64,000 nt of DNA from Vermamoeba vermiformis (taxonomy: Eukaryota), in NCBI GenBank assembly GCA_045837725.1, contig JBEWZL010000209.1, positions 558,001-622,000 on the forward strand, given 5' to 3'. The notes beneath the pieces are model-generated. The model did not search any database. It had not been told where the DNA came from and saw only the letters and a list, made by a program, of their open reading frames with translations. Within the stretch, counting starts at the first letter, position 1. Each line of letters opens with the position of its first letter. Below are positions 41,403 to 55,026 of the stretch, piece by piece. A program made the translations under genes and the position numbers.

Positions 41403-41757
41403 ATGGTAGACTATTAGCGATTAATTAATATAGTCGTATTTGTTGCACTATACGATAGTCTCATAAATGTCGATATCGCTTTCCTACATTCAGAAGACGA
41501 AGTTCGCGCTCAATTTTTTTGTTCGATTGTGCAGATCTTCCAGATGCAGTACCACAAGTAGTACTTTTGACAGGATTAGTAACTAAAGATCGATTGATTT
41601 GGTTGAAATCTCTGCTTGGTAAGTCACTGAAGTTCTTTCCGATTTGTCCTGACTTCATCACTCCACAAAGGTACTTAAACTTAACACGCATTTTAGTAAC
41701 ACCAATAATACGTGTTTGCTGCTAAAAACAAGCGCCAAGATACTTAGCATAGCCACA

Positions 41758-42699
41758 ATGCTGAAAAATATTTTTGTTAAATCCGCACGCAGGTATAATG
41801 AAGTACTGATCGCAGCATAATTATTTATATTAATTTTTAGATTTTATTGCACGAGCCGCCCTTTGATTTTAACACCACAAGATCCGCTGGTCAAAAGACA
41901 AGTCAAACTCGCTTCAAATCATATTTTATCGATAAAGAAGAATGATCTAACCGAAGAACGCGCAGAGGCAATAGTTAATGCAGCGAATGGATACTTGAAA
42001 CACGGTGGAGGTAAGATCTTTGTTTTTCAATAATTTTGCGCTCAACGCTTAACTTGACGATATCATGTATTTAATAGGCATTGCTGGAGCAATAGTAGCA
42101 AAAGGAGGTCATATAATTCAGCAACAATCAAATGAAATCATAAAAAAGTTGGGCGGTGAGTGACTGGATCTAGCGAGTTGTGCTCACCTTCAGAATACTC
42201 ACTTTATGTCAATGTTATATAGGTGGGTTAGGAGACGGCCAGGTTGTTTCAACAACAGCAGGAAATCTCCCCGCAGATTACGTGTTTCATGCTGTGGGCC
42301 CGATCTACAACAACAACCCGCGCGCTGAAAGTTCGTTGCATTTAGCTGTGACAAACTGTTTGAAGAAAGCCAATGCGTTAGAATGTAAGAGTATAGCACT
42401 ACCTGCTATTAGCACCGGAATATTTGGTTATCCAAAGGTACGTGTTAATTTAGTAGATCGGCCTCACGACTTTTTAATCATTTTGACGATCGGAGTTCCG
42501 AGGCGCCATTTAAAATGAATTTATATATTCTAATGCATTATAGGACGCTGCATCGAATGTTATTATGAAGGCGATTCTTGAGTGGTGCGAAAAACATTCA
42601 AACCAAGAACCGCTTGACATTCGCATTGTTAATTTTGACGATGAAACAGTGAACGTATTCGTGAAGAGATTCGACACTCTATTTGGTGCATACAAATAA
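41758..42699 (+). CDS. MacroD-type macro domain protein (ADP-ribose glycohydrolase / O-acetyl-ADP-ribose deacetylase)
   Basis: [63 protein letters not shown]. Confidence 0.9.
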
Positions 42700-42736
42700 G
42701 TGGGCTTAATAAGCGTAATGTATGTAAATAGCAATT
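42511..42736 (+). repeat. Direct repeat copy A (3' end of last intron, last exon and 3'UTR of the macro-domain gene)
   Basis: Near-identical to 45049-45268. Confidence 0.9.
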
Positions 42737-43134
42737 TTTTCGTCGGTAAACCAAAAAACTTAACGCTTTTCAACGAGTTCGCATATTGACGATACGACCA
42801 GTTTGCAATTAAATCAGTAGTTTTTATGGCCATAAACCCTACCGACTCAATTAATTATTATAATTTTTCGCGGTTTATTGATCACCTTTGCAACTTTGAA
42901 CTAACGTTAATTTTAAAAGTGAACAGCAGCAACACCATGCTTCGTTTACTACTGAATTCCAGCCGCAAATATCTTATGCGACCCTCGCCAATGACGAGAC
43001 CAGCGGTGCAAATAGGTATGGATGGATTAACGTACTCATTCATTAATTAACGGGAAAGAGTTCTTTAAAACTAAATCAATTTTTCTAACATATTTGCAGT
43101 AGGAAAGAAGTTATTGGCTGCAACGAGCTCAAAA

Positions 43135-44930
43135 ATGTCTTTGTCAGCACGACAAAATTTCATTTTTGTTCCTCGGCGCCCTTTTTACACGAGCATGCAA
43201 TTACGAGGTAGGTAAACCACCCCAATTTTGTTACGCATAATCTAATCTCGAATCTTAGCTCCCGATCCACCAACTCTGTCAAATAGTAAGTAAATTTTAT
43301 TGAACAACAACCCAATTTATAATATTTCAGGTGACTTACCGACATTGGACTTTTTAAGATCCAAATGCGATGCCTTCCCGATCGAGTACGCACCGTTGTC
43401 GGCAAAGGCTCGCAACAAAATTTACGACGAGCACCCTCTCAAGCCTTATATGGCAACTACAGCAAGACTGCCGTTGCACCCACTGACCGGCAAGGTCGAC
43501 TTTCGTTTTCTGAAGTCACCGTACTACAACGATCCAGTAATTAACAAGCTCGAAAGCGTCAAGCCTTCAGATGGCATTGCAATTTATCTCCAAGCGGCGT
43601 CTGGTGCCGGAAAGACTGGTAAGGCTTGACATTGTTACTCTCCTTTGCTTACGTGCCTAGGATCAATTTTTGCGCTTGCTAAGAAGTACTTCACCCTGTA
43701 CATCGAAGTGCATGAATCTAGAGAGGAAGATCCTCTTGATTATTATGACGTTGGGTTTGCTGCCTTCTTGACGGTGGGAAAACAGTTGGAGACCTCTCTT
43801 CGAGGGCAGAATTTGAGTCCTTTCACTCAAACTGCAATCTACACCTGCTTGACACAACTGTTGTGGCTATCACAAGCTCTGCTACTCGACAAACTGCGCA
43901 GAGCTTACCCAAAGCTGACACCGTCTGGTTGGTTTGCATACTTGACGAGCAGAGGTGGAAGAAATGTGGGCAATATTTTTGGGGCATTTAGTGAATGGTT
44001 CATAATATCTCTAAGACAGAAACAATATGACGATCTTTTTGTTACTCTCCTGCAACGTCGACTTGACACATACTTGGAACAGGTTTCCAAAGATGTTTTT
44101 TTTGTGGTTGATGAAGCACAAGTAGCACAGCGCTTGTTTTCTGGCATTGAATTTCAATCATTGAACGACGTAAAAAGGTAAATTTGGAATTGGGCAGATT
44201 CACTTGCTAGCAAGGGGCTGCTAAATGATGAATTCTTGACCACACAAGCATCAACCATCAAAATACTTACCTATTGCCTAGGACTTTCTTCTCTGTGCTG
44301 ACAAACTATTCCCAACCAAGAAAACAAAGTTCTATCATTGCTGGCACTCAAATGCCAAAGTTTGATGCTTTAACAAAGAGTGGAGAGTCGAAAATTGGCA
44401 AAAACAATTACCATCTTAGCGAGGAGCTAATTGATTATCCAATTGTTTCTGAAGAAGAAGCCATTTCATTTGTATCTCAATACTTCAATAATCAACTGGC
44501 TAGCAACCTTGACATTCTAACACGCATTGGCTATGTCTGTCAAGGAAGACTTTGTAGAAGTGTGAATCTGCTCCACTATATTTGGGACTGCAACACTGAA
44601 TCTAGTAACCTATCTCTTGCTGAAATAGTTCAATTGGGGTTGAAAAGACTTGAGGAGAAAATTCAGAATGAGGTATTTGCACGACTCAATGCACAAAGTG
44701 AAAGATTTAAAGCCAATCCTGCTTTGGCTGAAAAATGTAAGCAACAAGAAATGCATCATTTGCTTATATATATTAAAACTTTGGTTGCAGGGAATAGATT
44801 ACTTCTGGAGTTGTTTATTGGTGCAATCAGCAGTAATGTAATGTTGCCAGAAAAAGAATTCAAAGATCTTGAAGTGAATGTGGAAGATCTTGGGTTTGCT
44901 CTTGTCACAAAAATTGAAGATGATGAAGGT
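43135..44930 (+). pseudogene. P-loop NTPase gene, Crinkler (CR)-NTPase-like, apparently 3'-truncated
   Basis: Walker A LQAASGAGKT, Walker B FFVVDEAQ and IIAGT. The coding frame ends at a donor-like site (~44929) followed by T/A homopolymer runs, with no recognisable downstream exon. Confidence 0.5.
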
Positions 44931-45048
44931 AAGGAAATTTTAATTATTTTTAATTATTTTTTTTGTTTTTTTTTTTTTTTTTTTTTTTCAAATAAAAAAA
45001 AAAAAAAAAAAAAAAATTAATGCTGTAATTAATCAATATCGCGAATTC

Positions 45049-45268
45049 TAAAATGAATTTCAATATAAGTCGCAGCGTCGAATGTTATTATGAAGGCGAT
45101 TCTTGAGTGGACCAGGTGCGAAAAACATTCAAACCAAGAACCACTTGACATTCGCATTGTTGATTTCGACGATGAAACAGTGAACGTATTTGTGAAGAGA
45201 TTCGACGCTCTATTTGGTGCATATAAATAATTGGGCCTTCGAAAGCATAGTGTATGTAAATAGCAATT
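45049..45268 (+). repeat. Direct repeat copy B: orphan duplicate of the macro-domain last exon
   Basis: Matches 42511-42736, with a 6-bp insertion (ACCAGG), a few substitutions and the splice acceptor changed from TAG to TAA. Confidence 0.9.
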
Positions 45269-45603
45269 ATTTTGACGACATCTAGATCGTGATCAATTTT
45301 TTCAAACCGATACTATACATTTATTTATTTACATTCTAAAAATAGCGCTTTACTGGATAAGCAATAATGCTTTGCATTTGATTTTCTTTTTTAATTATTC
45401 CACGCTTGCCAGATCCGTGGATGCAATCTATTTTTGTGGTCAACAGGAGCTTCACGAAAAATACTACCATTTAAATTGAACGTTGAAATTATTATTACGG
45501 TCCCAATACGTTATTAGGATACAATTTACACAGATCTTTTCTTCCATTTATTAATTACTGAAATAGAGCCAACGAAGTTCGTACTATTTAAGAATCCTAT
45601 AGC

Positions 45604-47239
45604 ATGGACCACGAAGAAAATAGCGACGAAACAGCTTTCCAAACGAGTTCGAGTGACATTGAAGATGACACGTGTCACCAAACGACTGCTGAGCGCGCCA
45701 ATACAAGCGCAGATCTGACGCAGTTATCGCATCGATCAGAAGGCACTGAGACTAGAAGAGTACTAAAACAGCCTTTATTGTTGAACAATAGTGACACGTT
45801 AAGAAGTGGCTCGGGAACTTCATCCGCTAACAGATCTGATGTGGAGCATGCGCGCCCGATTGATGATAGTGACGATCACAAGTACGCGGAGATTAATAAC
45901 CAAAAAAGGAAATATTTTCAATATATTCTGCGAGCCTACGAATACTCGAAGGGAAACATGCCTGCGTGGACCGAGAAAATGAACGCCATGGACTCGAAGT
46001 GGGGTCAGTGCCTCCGATTTATAGACGCCTTATTGCGTGGCGTTAGTCAGGTACTGTATTATCTACACCCTATCGCAGCGCAAAAGGAGCTAACAAATCT
46101 CTTACAGATCGGATTCGTAAACAGTCCTATTTTTGGCTTAGGAACGTTTCTAGTAGCGCTTTTCACCGAGTAAGTATAATTATCTATGTTTTTTACTATA
46201 GTCTATCAACTTCTATTCAAGTACGTGGATTGGACTCTGCGGCATGGTGGGCTGTTTGTGTACTTCCGTATTCGCGGTGCTGTTCAAACTGAACAAAGAA
46301 TCATTTAGGTACGGCATTACAATCCTATTTATTGGTAGTATAATTACGATCTAATGGCCAAGCAGGCTTGGATTATTTGGATTTAACGGGTATTTATTTG
46401 GTGCCTCGCTCGCGATCTACCTTTCAACTGCTTGGGATTGGCGGACAGTAGTATTAACCATTCTATTGGCGCCATTGACTATCGTGAGTCGCGATGGATT
46501 AATGATAACTTAACATTAGCTTACTCGATTTTGAACAGATCTTTCAACTTGGTATCGGCAATATTCTATCGCCCTATAATTGCCCACCATTCGGCTTACC
46601 GCTCTGTATAGTCGCCAATCTGCTATTTTTAGCACTCAAAAATGCCCAACCAAAAGTAGAAGCAGCTGTGGCTAATGCTGTTGCGGGGTACGAAATTCCA
46701 CACGATGCTTGGGACGCACCAGTATTCTTTCAATCGCTGGGCCGGTGCATTGCTTTAACGTTTTTCAAGCTCAATCCATGGTCGTAAGTTTTCAACAAAA
46801 CTAAACTTCAGTGAGTAAGATCTGTTTTTCTAGATCAATTGGCTTCGCCGCGTTGTTGCTTTTATATTCGCCCATCCATACACTGAACGCCGTTACAGGC
46901 TCATTAGTTAATACAGCCACTCTTTTTGTCCTCGGTGTGGATGAGGCTAAAATTGCCAACGGAGTTTTAGGCTGGAACTCGACTCTATTATGTAAGACCC
47001 ATCAATGCATGGTGCTGTTCACTAACGCCTATTTAATATTAGGCTTGATGCTAGCAGAGTTCTTCAAACACAGCTTGACTTCGTGGCTGTACGCCATCTT
47101 TGCCTCAATATTGACGACGTTGCTGCACGTGAGCATTGCGCCAATGTTTGCGGCGATTGGTTTGCCTGAAATCAGCTTGCCATACACTATCATTGGATAC
47201 TTATTCGTCATCTCAAGAGCGCTTGTGGTGCCAGATTGA
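45604..47239 (+). CDS. Urea transporter (UT/SLC14 family)
   Basis: FIDALLRGVSQ|IGFVNSPIFG, GLFGFNGYL, PPFGLPL; second repeat LGRCIALTFFKLNPWS, NGVLGWNSTL, LPEISLPY. This is the duplicated LP-box architecture of UT channels, with about 10 TM helices. Confidence 0.85.
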
Positions 47240-47496
47240 GTTGACCAAAAGCATTGCTCAACTCGCTAATTCTGAACCACAGCACGAAAGGAAACTGCGC
47301 ACTCCGCTAAGGCACTTCAACTTTGACTGACCAACGACATATATCGGAGGCAGGACGAGATTTGAACATGTCCCCAGCGGTAAATCCTCTGTTTGCTCGA
47401 GCATGCGATTTGCTAGACCATTATTATCAACCTAAATTTATTATTTATATATATTTCGCAAAATTCCTTGTCCGCGTGCGAGGACCTCATTCGTTC

Positions 47497-49475
47497 TTAT
47501 TCACCTTGGCCTTGAGAGAAGCTAGGCTTGCCGTTCATCAAGTACAAGTTCTCCATCTTGATAAAGTCGAAGCCAGCATTGCGAATGCGCATCAACAACG
47601 AGATGATCTGCGCGTGCTTGATGGGCTCACCAGTCACAGACTTGAATCTGCAGCGCCAGTGGTCAGTGCAGAAAGTCTCGGGGAAGCCGTTGGGCCAGAC
47701 TTTAACACCACGGTTGGTGATCAAAGTCAACTTCATGCCGTCACCGTTCAAACTCGAAATAGCAGTGCCCAAGTCTTCAGCAGTGCCGTTCTTGGGAGAC
47801 CAGTGCAAGAAGATGTCGCAACCGATCGTGTCCTTCTTGGCAGGAGGAACATCAGAGACAGTTGGGCGCCACTCCTTCATCGAGCTGCCGTCTCCCTTAG
47901 CGTAGTGCACGGGCTTGAGTTGAACTGGCTTCTTGCCAAGTCGTTCAATAACGGCCTAAAGTGCACGGTCAGCACAACTAGTAGATCTAGATCCGGAGCT
48001 CGTTCGACGTACCTTAGTGAACTCAGTGGTGCTGACCTTCTTCTTCGAGACACCCTCGCGATAAATATCAGGAGTGTGGAGACCGTCTTCAATGGTCTTG
48101 AGCCAAGCGTTGTGCACGTTCTCAGCTACATCAGGTTGACCAATGTGCGACATCATCATCACAGAGGACAGCAAGAGACCGGACGGATTGGCGACGTTCT
48201 TGCCGGCAATTGGGGGAGCAGAGCCGTGAATGGCTTCGAACATTGCACCGCCGTCACCAATGTTAACGGATCCACCGAGACCGACGGAGCCAGTCAATTG
48301 AGCAGCGACATCAGAGAGAATGTCACCGTACAAGTTAGGCATGACTACAACGTCAAACATTTCGGGGGTATCAGCAAGACGAGCAGCACCAATGTCGACG
48401 ATCCAGCGGTCCTTTTGGATGTCTGGGTAACGAGCACCAACTTCTTCAAAAACTGCACGAAAATTATTAAAATATTTCCTATTAATTATATAATTGATAT
48501 TAATACCTTTGTTGAACAAGCCGTCGGTCATCTTCATAATGTTGTCCTTAACGAAGCACGAAACTTTCTTGCGACCATGTCTACGTGCGTACTCGAAGGC
48601 GTATTGAATAATACGCTCGCAACCAGGTCTAGAGATGAGCTTCAAGCATTGAACGACTTGATCGCTGAATTTTTAAAATGGATTAGTCTAGATCTGAAAA
48701 TTAGAATTATCTGCTTACGTTTGCTGATGCTCAATTCCTGCGTATAAATCTTCCTCATTCTCACGAACAATAACAACGTCCATATTAGGGTGCTTAGTCT
48801 CGATGAATGGCGAGTACACATTGCAAGGACGAACGTTCGCGAAAAGGCCCAAAGTCTTACGGATCGTCACGTTCAAAGATTTGTAGCCACTGCCGATGGG
48901 TGTGGTAATAGGACCCTTCAACAAAACTTCATTGATGGTGAGAAAGGTATATTTTTAAAAATTTTAGTAATAATTTTACCTCGAGTTTTGCGGATCGAGT
49001 CCCAAGATGAAGGAGCAATGCCTGAAGAATGGCCCTAAAAAGGCGAACACGTTAGAAATGGATTCTTCCATGTTTCAGCGACGTACTGAGAGGTAGACCT
49101 TCTCTCCAACATCAATGTGGTCCCACTGAATTGCGGCGCCTGCTCGATCCAGAATTTCTACAGTAGAATTTGTGATTTCGGGACCTTTGTGGCTCTATTA
49201 GTACTCGTAATACGTAGCTGCGTAGCTTTTACATACCAATTCCATCACCTTTGGCAATTGTAACGGCCACCTAAAAAGATCGTTAAAAATAACAGCAGAT
49301 TGGATCTACTTTGGTTTACCTTCTCTCGCTGGGCAAACAACGAGGTTGAGAAAGAGCGAGAAGCGGTGTTCTTAGTAACGGAGTTCAGTGCTTTAACCAG
49401 TTAGATTACAAAGCGCTGCGAAAGTGGCGATTTTAACTTACCAGGCTTCGATTTGCTCAATACTTGACGCAACAT
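47497..49475 (-). CDS. icd: Isocitrate dehydrogenase, bacterial (Rickettsia/Thermus-like) type, with a mitochondrial-type presequence
   Basis: [11 protein letters not shown]...TASRSFSTS leader. [71 protein letters not shown]-terminal extension [10 protein letters not shown]...TDHWRCRF...KMENLY...FSQGQGE. Confidence 0.93.
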
Positions 49476-49776
49476 GATTGTTTCGCGAAGAGTCGTGCTT
49501 CTAGCTCCAAAAGAGGATAACAAATGAGTTGAACTCAGGAGAAACTTCCCACGTGACCTCCGCAACAAAAATTAAAGATAAAAAAAAGATTGTGGATAAG
49601 GATCCGAGGCCTATTGAGGAATTATCCTGTACTATTCCACACTAGTATTATAATCCTTGATTTTAAATACAAAATTATCCACGTGTGCCTTGTTTATACT
49701 TAAAAGAGATATAAACACGTGACTTTACCTATTTCGGAAATGATCGCCGTAAGCCGGAGAAACGTTATTTAGGAGC

Positions 49777-49790
49777 ACGGATAGCACCCG
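49777..49790. promoter_or_regulatory. Candidate cluster regulatory element ACGGAT-AGC-ACCCG upstream of IDH
   Basis: 13/14 match to the perfect inverted repeat at 59939-59955. Confidence 0.45.
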
Positions 49791-49944
49791 ATAATTGTAC
49801 CGAAGATATTTGTTTTTTGGTTAGTGTTCGAAGTCGATTAAGAGAAGAAAGAGCGATTTAAATGACAAAAACTAAAGTTTATTTCGCAAAAGAGGTAAAA
49901 TTTAAAAATTATCGGGCTGCTATCTGGCCGATATCTGCGGTTAC

Positions 49945-52900
49945 TTAATGCATGGTGTGAGTAGCGAGGTAATCGTCGTAGTTCTTGATGGGCATATCCT
50001 TGACGCGAGTCAATGCTTCGGCCAAGAAAGCGCAGACTTGCTCGTTGGTCAAGCAAGGAACACCAAAGTCAACGGACTTTCTGCGCAGATGGTAGTTGGA
50101 GATGTCTTCGTTGCGAGTAGGGAAGTTAATAACCAAGTCGAGCTTCTTTTGAGTGACCCAAGTGATGGCGTTGTTAGCGTCCTTTGAGCTGAGGTCGGGC
50201 TTGGAGAGCTCCGTGAATTTAACGTTATTCTTCTTCAACAAGGGGGCAACCTCCGGAGTGGCAAACAAAGTGTAACCGCCGCCGACCAAAGTTTGAGCGG
50301 ATTTGACGAACTCTTGGGTGACGTTGCCAGAGAGCAAAACGGTCTTTTGCTTAGTGGGCATCTTGAAGTAAGGAGGAACAGAGGTCATGGCCTTCAAGAA
50401 GGCTTCATACTTGTTCTCACCGAAGCAAGCGACTTCACCAGTGGATGCCATTTCAACACCCAAGATAGGATCAGCACCACCCAAACGTTGGAAGGAGAAT
50501 TGAGGAGCCTTGACACCGACGTACTTCAAGTCGCTGTTGCACTTGTAGTTAGGAGTGATCTTTTGACCCATGAAGACCTTGGTGGCAGTCTCGATAAAGT
50601 CAATGTCGTAAGTCTTGGAGACGAACGGGAACGAGCGAGAGGCACGCAAGTTGCACTCGATGACGAGGATCTCGTCGCCCTTGACCAAGAATTGAATGTT
50701 GCAAGGACCAGAGATCTCCAAGGCCTTGGCGATCTTGCTGCCCATCTCGAAGACGCGGCTCTTGACTTGTTGGCTCAAAGTGTCAGAAGGCAAGATCATA
50801 GTAGCATCACCAGAGTGAACACCGGCGTTTTCAATGTGCTCAGAGATGGCCCAGTTGACCATAGTACCGTCGCAGGCAACACCGTCAAGTTCAACTTCAC
50901 GAGCACCCAAGACGAACTTGGTAATGACAACAGGGTGGTCAGGGTTAACATCAGCAGCCATAGCCAAGTAGCTGACCAACTCTTCTTCGTTGGCAGCGAC
51001 GTTCATGGCGGCACCAGACAAGACGTAAGAAGGACGAATCAAGACGGGGTAACCGACCTTCTTGGAGAAGGACTTGGCCTCATCCATGGAGCTGAGTTCC
51101 TTCCACTCAGGCTGGCCGACGCCAATGCTGTCCAAGAGCTTAGAGAACTTGTAGCGATCTTCGGCTTGATCGATCTTGTGCGGGTTAGTACCGAGAACGT
51201 TGACGCCGTTCTTGTACAAAGGCAAGGCAATGTTTTGAGGTTGTTGACCGCCGACTGAGACGATGACACCGTTGGGGCTCTCACGATCGTGGATATCCAA
51301 GACACGTTCGAGAGACAACTCTTCGAAGTAGAGCTTGTCGGACTCGTCGTAGTCCGTGGAGACAGTTTCGGGGTTGTAGTTAACCATGATTGTCTTTTCG
51401 CCCATCTTGCGCAAGTTGCGAACGGCAGAAACAGCGCAGTAGTCGAACTCGACGGAGCTACCGATGCGGTAAGTACCAGAGCCCAAGACCATGACGCCAC
51501 CCTTGTCTTCGGGGATGTCGCTCTTTTGACCGTTGTAGGTCATGTACAAGTAGTTGGTCTTGGCAGGGAACTCAGCAGCCAAAGTATCGATTTGCTTGAC
51601 GACAGGAACGACGCCCATGCCCTTACGAACGCTACGGACTTCGAGTTCGTCGGCCTTGGCGTACTTGCCGATTTGCTTGTCGGAGAAACCAGCAGACTTG
51701 GCCTCACGCATGAGTTCACGAGGAATGTCAGTGACGTTGCCAATGCTGACAATGTTCTTTCTGATCTCCACAATGTGCTTCAACTTCTCCAAGAACCACT
51801 TGTCGATTCTGGTCAATTGCCAGATAGTGTCAACAGAGTAGCCTTGTTCCATAGCCTTGGCGATGGCGAAGATGCGGTTGGGAGTAGGGTTCTTCAACTC
51901 CTCGTCCATGTCGCCTTCGAACTTGGCTTCGAAGCCAGCGTTAGAAGGATCGACCATGCGGAGGGCCTTTTGCAAGGACTCTTCGAAGGTACGACCAACA
52001 GCCATGACCTCACCGACAGACTTCATTTGACTGCCGAGGAGAGGTGAGACGCGTTCAAACTTCTTCAAGTCCCAACGAGGAATCTTGGTGACAATGTAGT
52101 CCAAGCTAGGCTCGAAGCAGGCAGAGGTAGACTTGGTGACGCTGTTGGAGATTTGGTGCATAGGAATGCCGAGAGCAATCTTGGCGGCGACGAAGGCGAG
52201 AGGATAACCAGTAGCCTTGGAAGCCAAAGCGGAAGAACGAGAAAGACGAGGGTTGACCTCAATAACGCTGTATTCGAGGCTGTTGGGGTTGAGGGCGTAC
52301 TGAATGTTGCATTCACCGACGATGCCCAAGTGTCTGACGGTCTTGATAGCAGCAGTACGGAGCATGTGGTACTCTTCGTTGCTGAGAGTTTGAGAAGGAG
52401 CGACGACGATGGATTCACCAGTGTGGATACCCATGGGGTCGAAGTTCTCCATGTTGCAAACAGTGATGCAGTTGTCTTGAGCGTCACGAACGACTTCGTA
52501 TTCGACTTCCTTCCAGCCCTTCAATGACTTCTCAACCAAAATTTGAGGAGCAGAGCTGAGAGCACGAGAAGCCAAAGCTTCGAGTTCAGTGGGGTTGTTG
52601 GCAAAACCAGAGCCCAAACCACCCAAAGCGTAGGCGGCACGAACAATGACGGGGTAGCCGACCTTTTCAGCGGCTTCGAGGGCAGCCTTGACGGTGACGA
52701 CGGCCTCGCTCTTAGCGAACGGCTCACCAATCTCAGCGAGCTTTCTGTTGAAGAGCTCACGATCTTCAGTGGCCATAATAGAGTCGACGGAAGTACCCAA
52801 GACACGAACGTTGTACTTCTCCAAAATACCTTGGTGGGCCAATTCAACACCAGTATTCAAACCGGTTTGACCACCAAAACCAAGCAAAACGCTGTCAGGT

Positions 52901-54757
52901 TTCTGTTAACAGGCTAGGTTAGTACACGATCAACTGAACTCACTCAAACTAGTGAACTCACCTCGCGTTGAATAACGCCCTCGACCATTTGTGTAGTGAC
53001 AGGCAAGAAGTAGACTTTATCGGCAATACCCTTGGCGGTTTGGACGGTAGCAATGTTCGGGTTGATCAAGACGGTCTCAACACCTTCTTCCTTGAGGGCC
53101 TTGATGCACTGAGAGCCAGAGTAATCGAACTCTCCGGCTTGACCGATTTGCAGAGCACCAGAACCGATGATCAAAACCTTACGAGCGGTTTGAGTCTTAG
53201 CGGGTTGAGCGATGAGGTGAGTCTTGTTCTTGTAGTTGACGACAGTGTCGTAGAACTTGCCGAAGAGGTACTTGGTATCGTATGGGCCACCACGAGCTTC
53301 AGGGTGGAATTGAACGCTGAAGAAAGGCTTGGTCGCGTGCATGATACCTTCGTTGGAGCCGTCGTTTTGGTTAATGAAGTAAGGCTTCCAGCCAGCAGGC
53401 AAAGTTTGGTTGTCAACAGCGTAGCCGTGGTTTTGAGAAGTAATGTAGCATCGTCCGGATGTCTGATCCATAGCAGGTTGGTTTTGACCTCTGTTACCGT
53501 ACTTCAATTTGTAGGTATTGGCGCCAGCGGCGAGGGCCATAAGTTGGTTACCCAAGCAAATACCTGATAGCGGGTAATTAATACAAATTATTTGTGATTT
53601 TTAAAGTATAAATCCGCGTTTGCCACGGATCGAATCCCTTACCGAAAATAGGTTTTCCGATTTGATAAGCTTTCTGAATGTGAGAGATGGTAGCAGTGAC
53701 TGTAGCGGGATCACCAGGACCGTTGGAAATGAAGAGACCGTCGTAATCTTCGTTGGTAAAGTCGTAGTCCCAAGGCACAACTTTAACGGTAACGTCGCCC
53801 ATTTTGACGAGCTCTCTGATAATGTTGTACTTCATACCGCAGTCTACGGCGATGATCTTAAGCTTGCCATGGCCGTAAGTCTTGACTTCCTTGGTAGAAA
53901 CTTTCTCCACCAAGTTGCCGGAAAAGGCGCCTTCGAGATCGATATCTTGGTCGAAAACAATTTTACCAAGCATAACACCGCGGCTACGGAGCTTGCGAGT
54001 CAAGGCACGAGTATCGATTCCGCTGAGAGCGGGGATATTTTCGCTCTTGAGCCAGTCGCCCAAAGATCTTTCAGCTTGCCAGTGAGAGTAGTTCTCCGAG
54101 TAGTTAGAGACGAGCAAACCAGAAACATCTGTAGGAGAAGTGGATTAAGGAAAAAAAAAGTCTGGATCTTGTGGATTTGAAGTTCATGAACGGTTTAAAA
54201 TTAAACATAAATTTTTAGGCAACTAGGGCTTAAGGATACGAATTCGATCGGATTCGAAGTGCTTGAGAAGGCCAACTTCGTCTGTTTCGCGAAGAGGCAC
54301 ACCATAGTTGCCGACCAACGGGTAAGTGATAGTCAAAATTTGGCTCTTGTACGAAGGATCTGTAAGGGATTCAGGATAGCCGACCATACCGGTGTTGAAG
54401 ACGACTTCACCCTTCGTAGGGCGGTAGGCACCAAAGGAGGTACCTGCGAAGGTGGTTCCGTCTTCAAGGACCAAGTAGCCCTTCAAAAAAATTAAGTTAG
54501 CGAAACGGCGGATGAAAGCAAAAAGCTAAAAATAACCAATTTGTGTTTTTGTGAATGCGATCGTTTGCTTACCGGTTCGCCGTGACCATCCTTAGCCTTG
54601 GAGGCGTACAGACGCTTGCTGCCAACGGCGGTTTTCGGGTTTACAACCGCGGAGGATAGTTTACCAACTGCATTTATAGAAATTGTTATAATAATGAATG
54701 AGAATGCGTAATTAAGATTGAGCTCGTACCTGAAAGTTTTTGGATCGCGCGCAGCAT
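49945..54757 (-). CDS. Glutamine-dependent carbamoyl-phosphate synthase (fused small + large subunit) with a mitochondrial-type presequence, not CAD-fused
   Basis: Six exons. Leader [67 protein letters not shown] (catalytic Cys kept), [15 protein letters not shown], two ATP-grasp halves and an MGS-like tail. Stop at 49945 with no DHOase or ATCase domain. Confidence 0.97.
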
Positions 54758-55026
54758 GTTGCGAAGTGTAGAAATAAAAGCAAAATAATCAAAAAAAGAA
54801 AAATCTCGAGCGGTCCGTTGCACGTGGCCGAAAATTTTATCCATAAATTTTTGGAAGCTTAAACCTTTGCAATGATTTCGAAAAAAAAAACGGTACAAAT
54901 TTGGAAAGGAGGATACCGCGGAGATTAGAAATCCAGAGCCCATGTGACTTTTTTAAACATAAACCAGTTTTATAAATAAAATTTTGCTTACCTCCTCATT
55001 CATCATCACAACGTAACAACAAAGCC
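54758..55026. promoter_or_regulatory. Putative bidirectional promoter between CPS and GSIII
   Basis: 269 bp between divergent ATGs. Contains GCACGTGGC (54820-54828) and CCGCGGAGATT (54916-54926). Confidence 0.6.

Noticed and set aside
44955-45016. T-run/A-run as a terminator or retroposon poly(A) tail
   Set aside because: The context is eukaryotic, there is no RT or short target-site duplication, and it may be low-complexity intron sequence or an assembly artefact.
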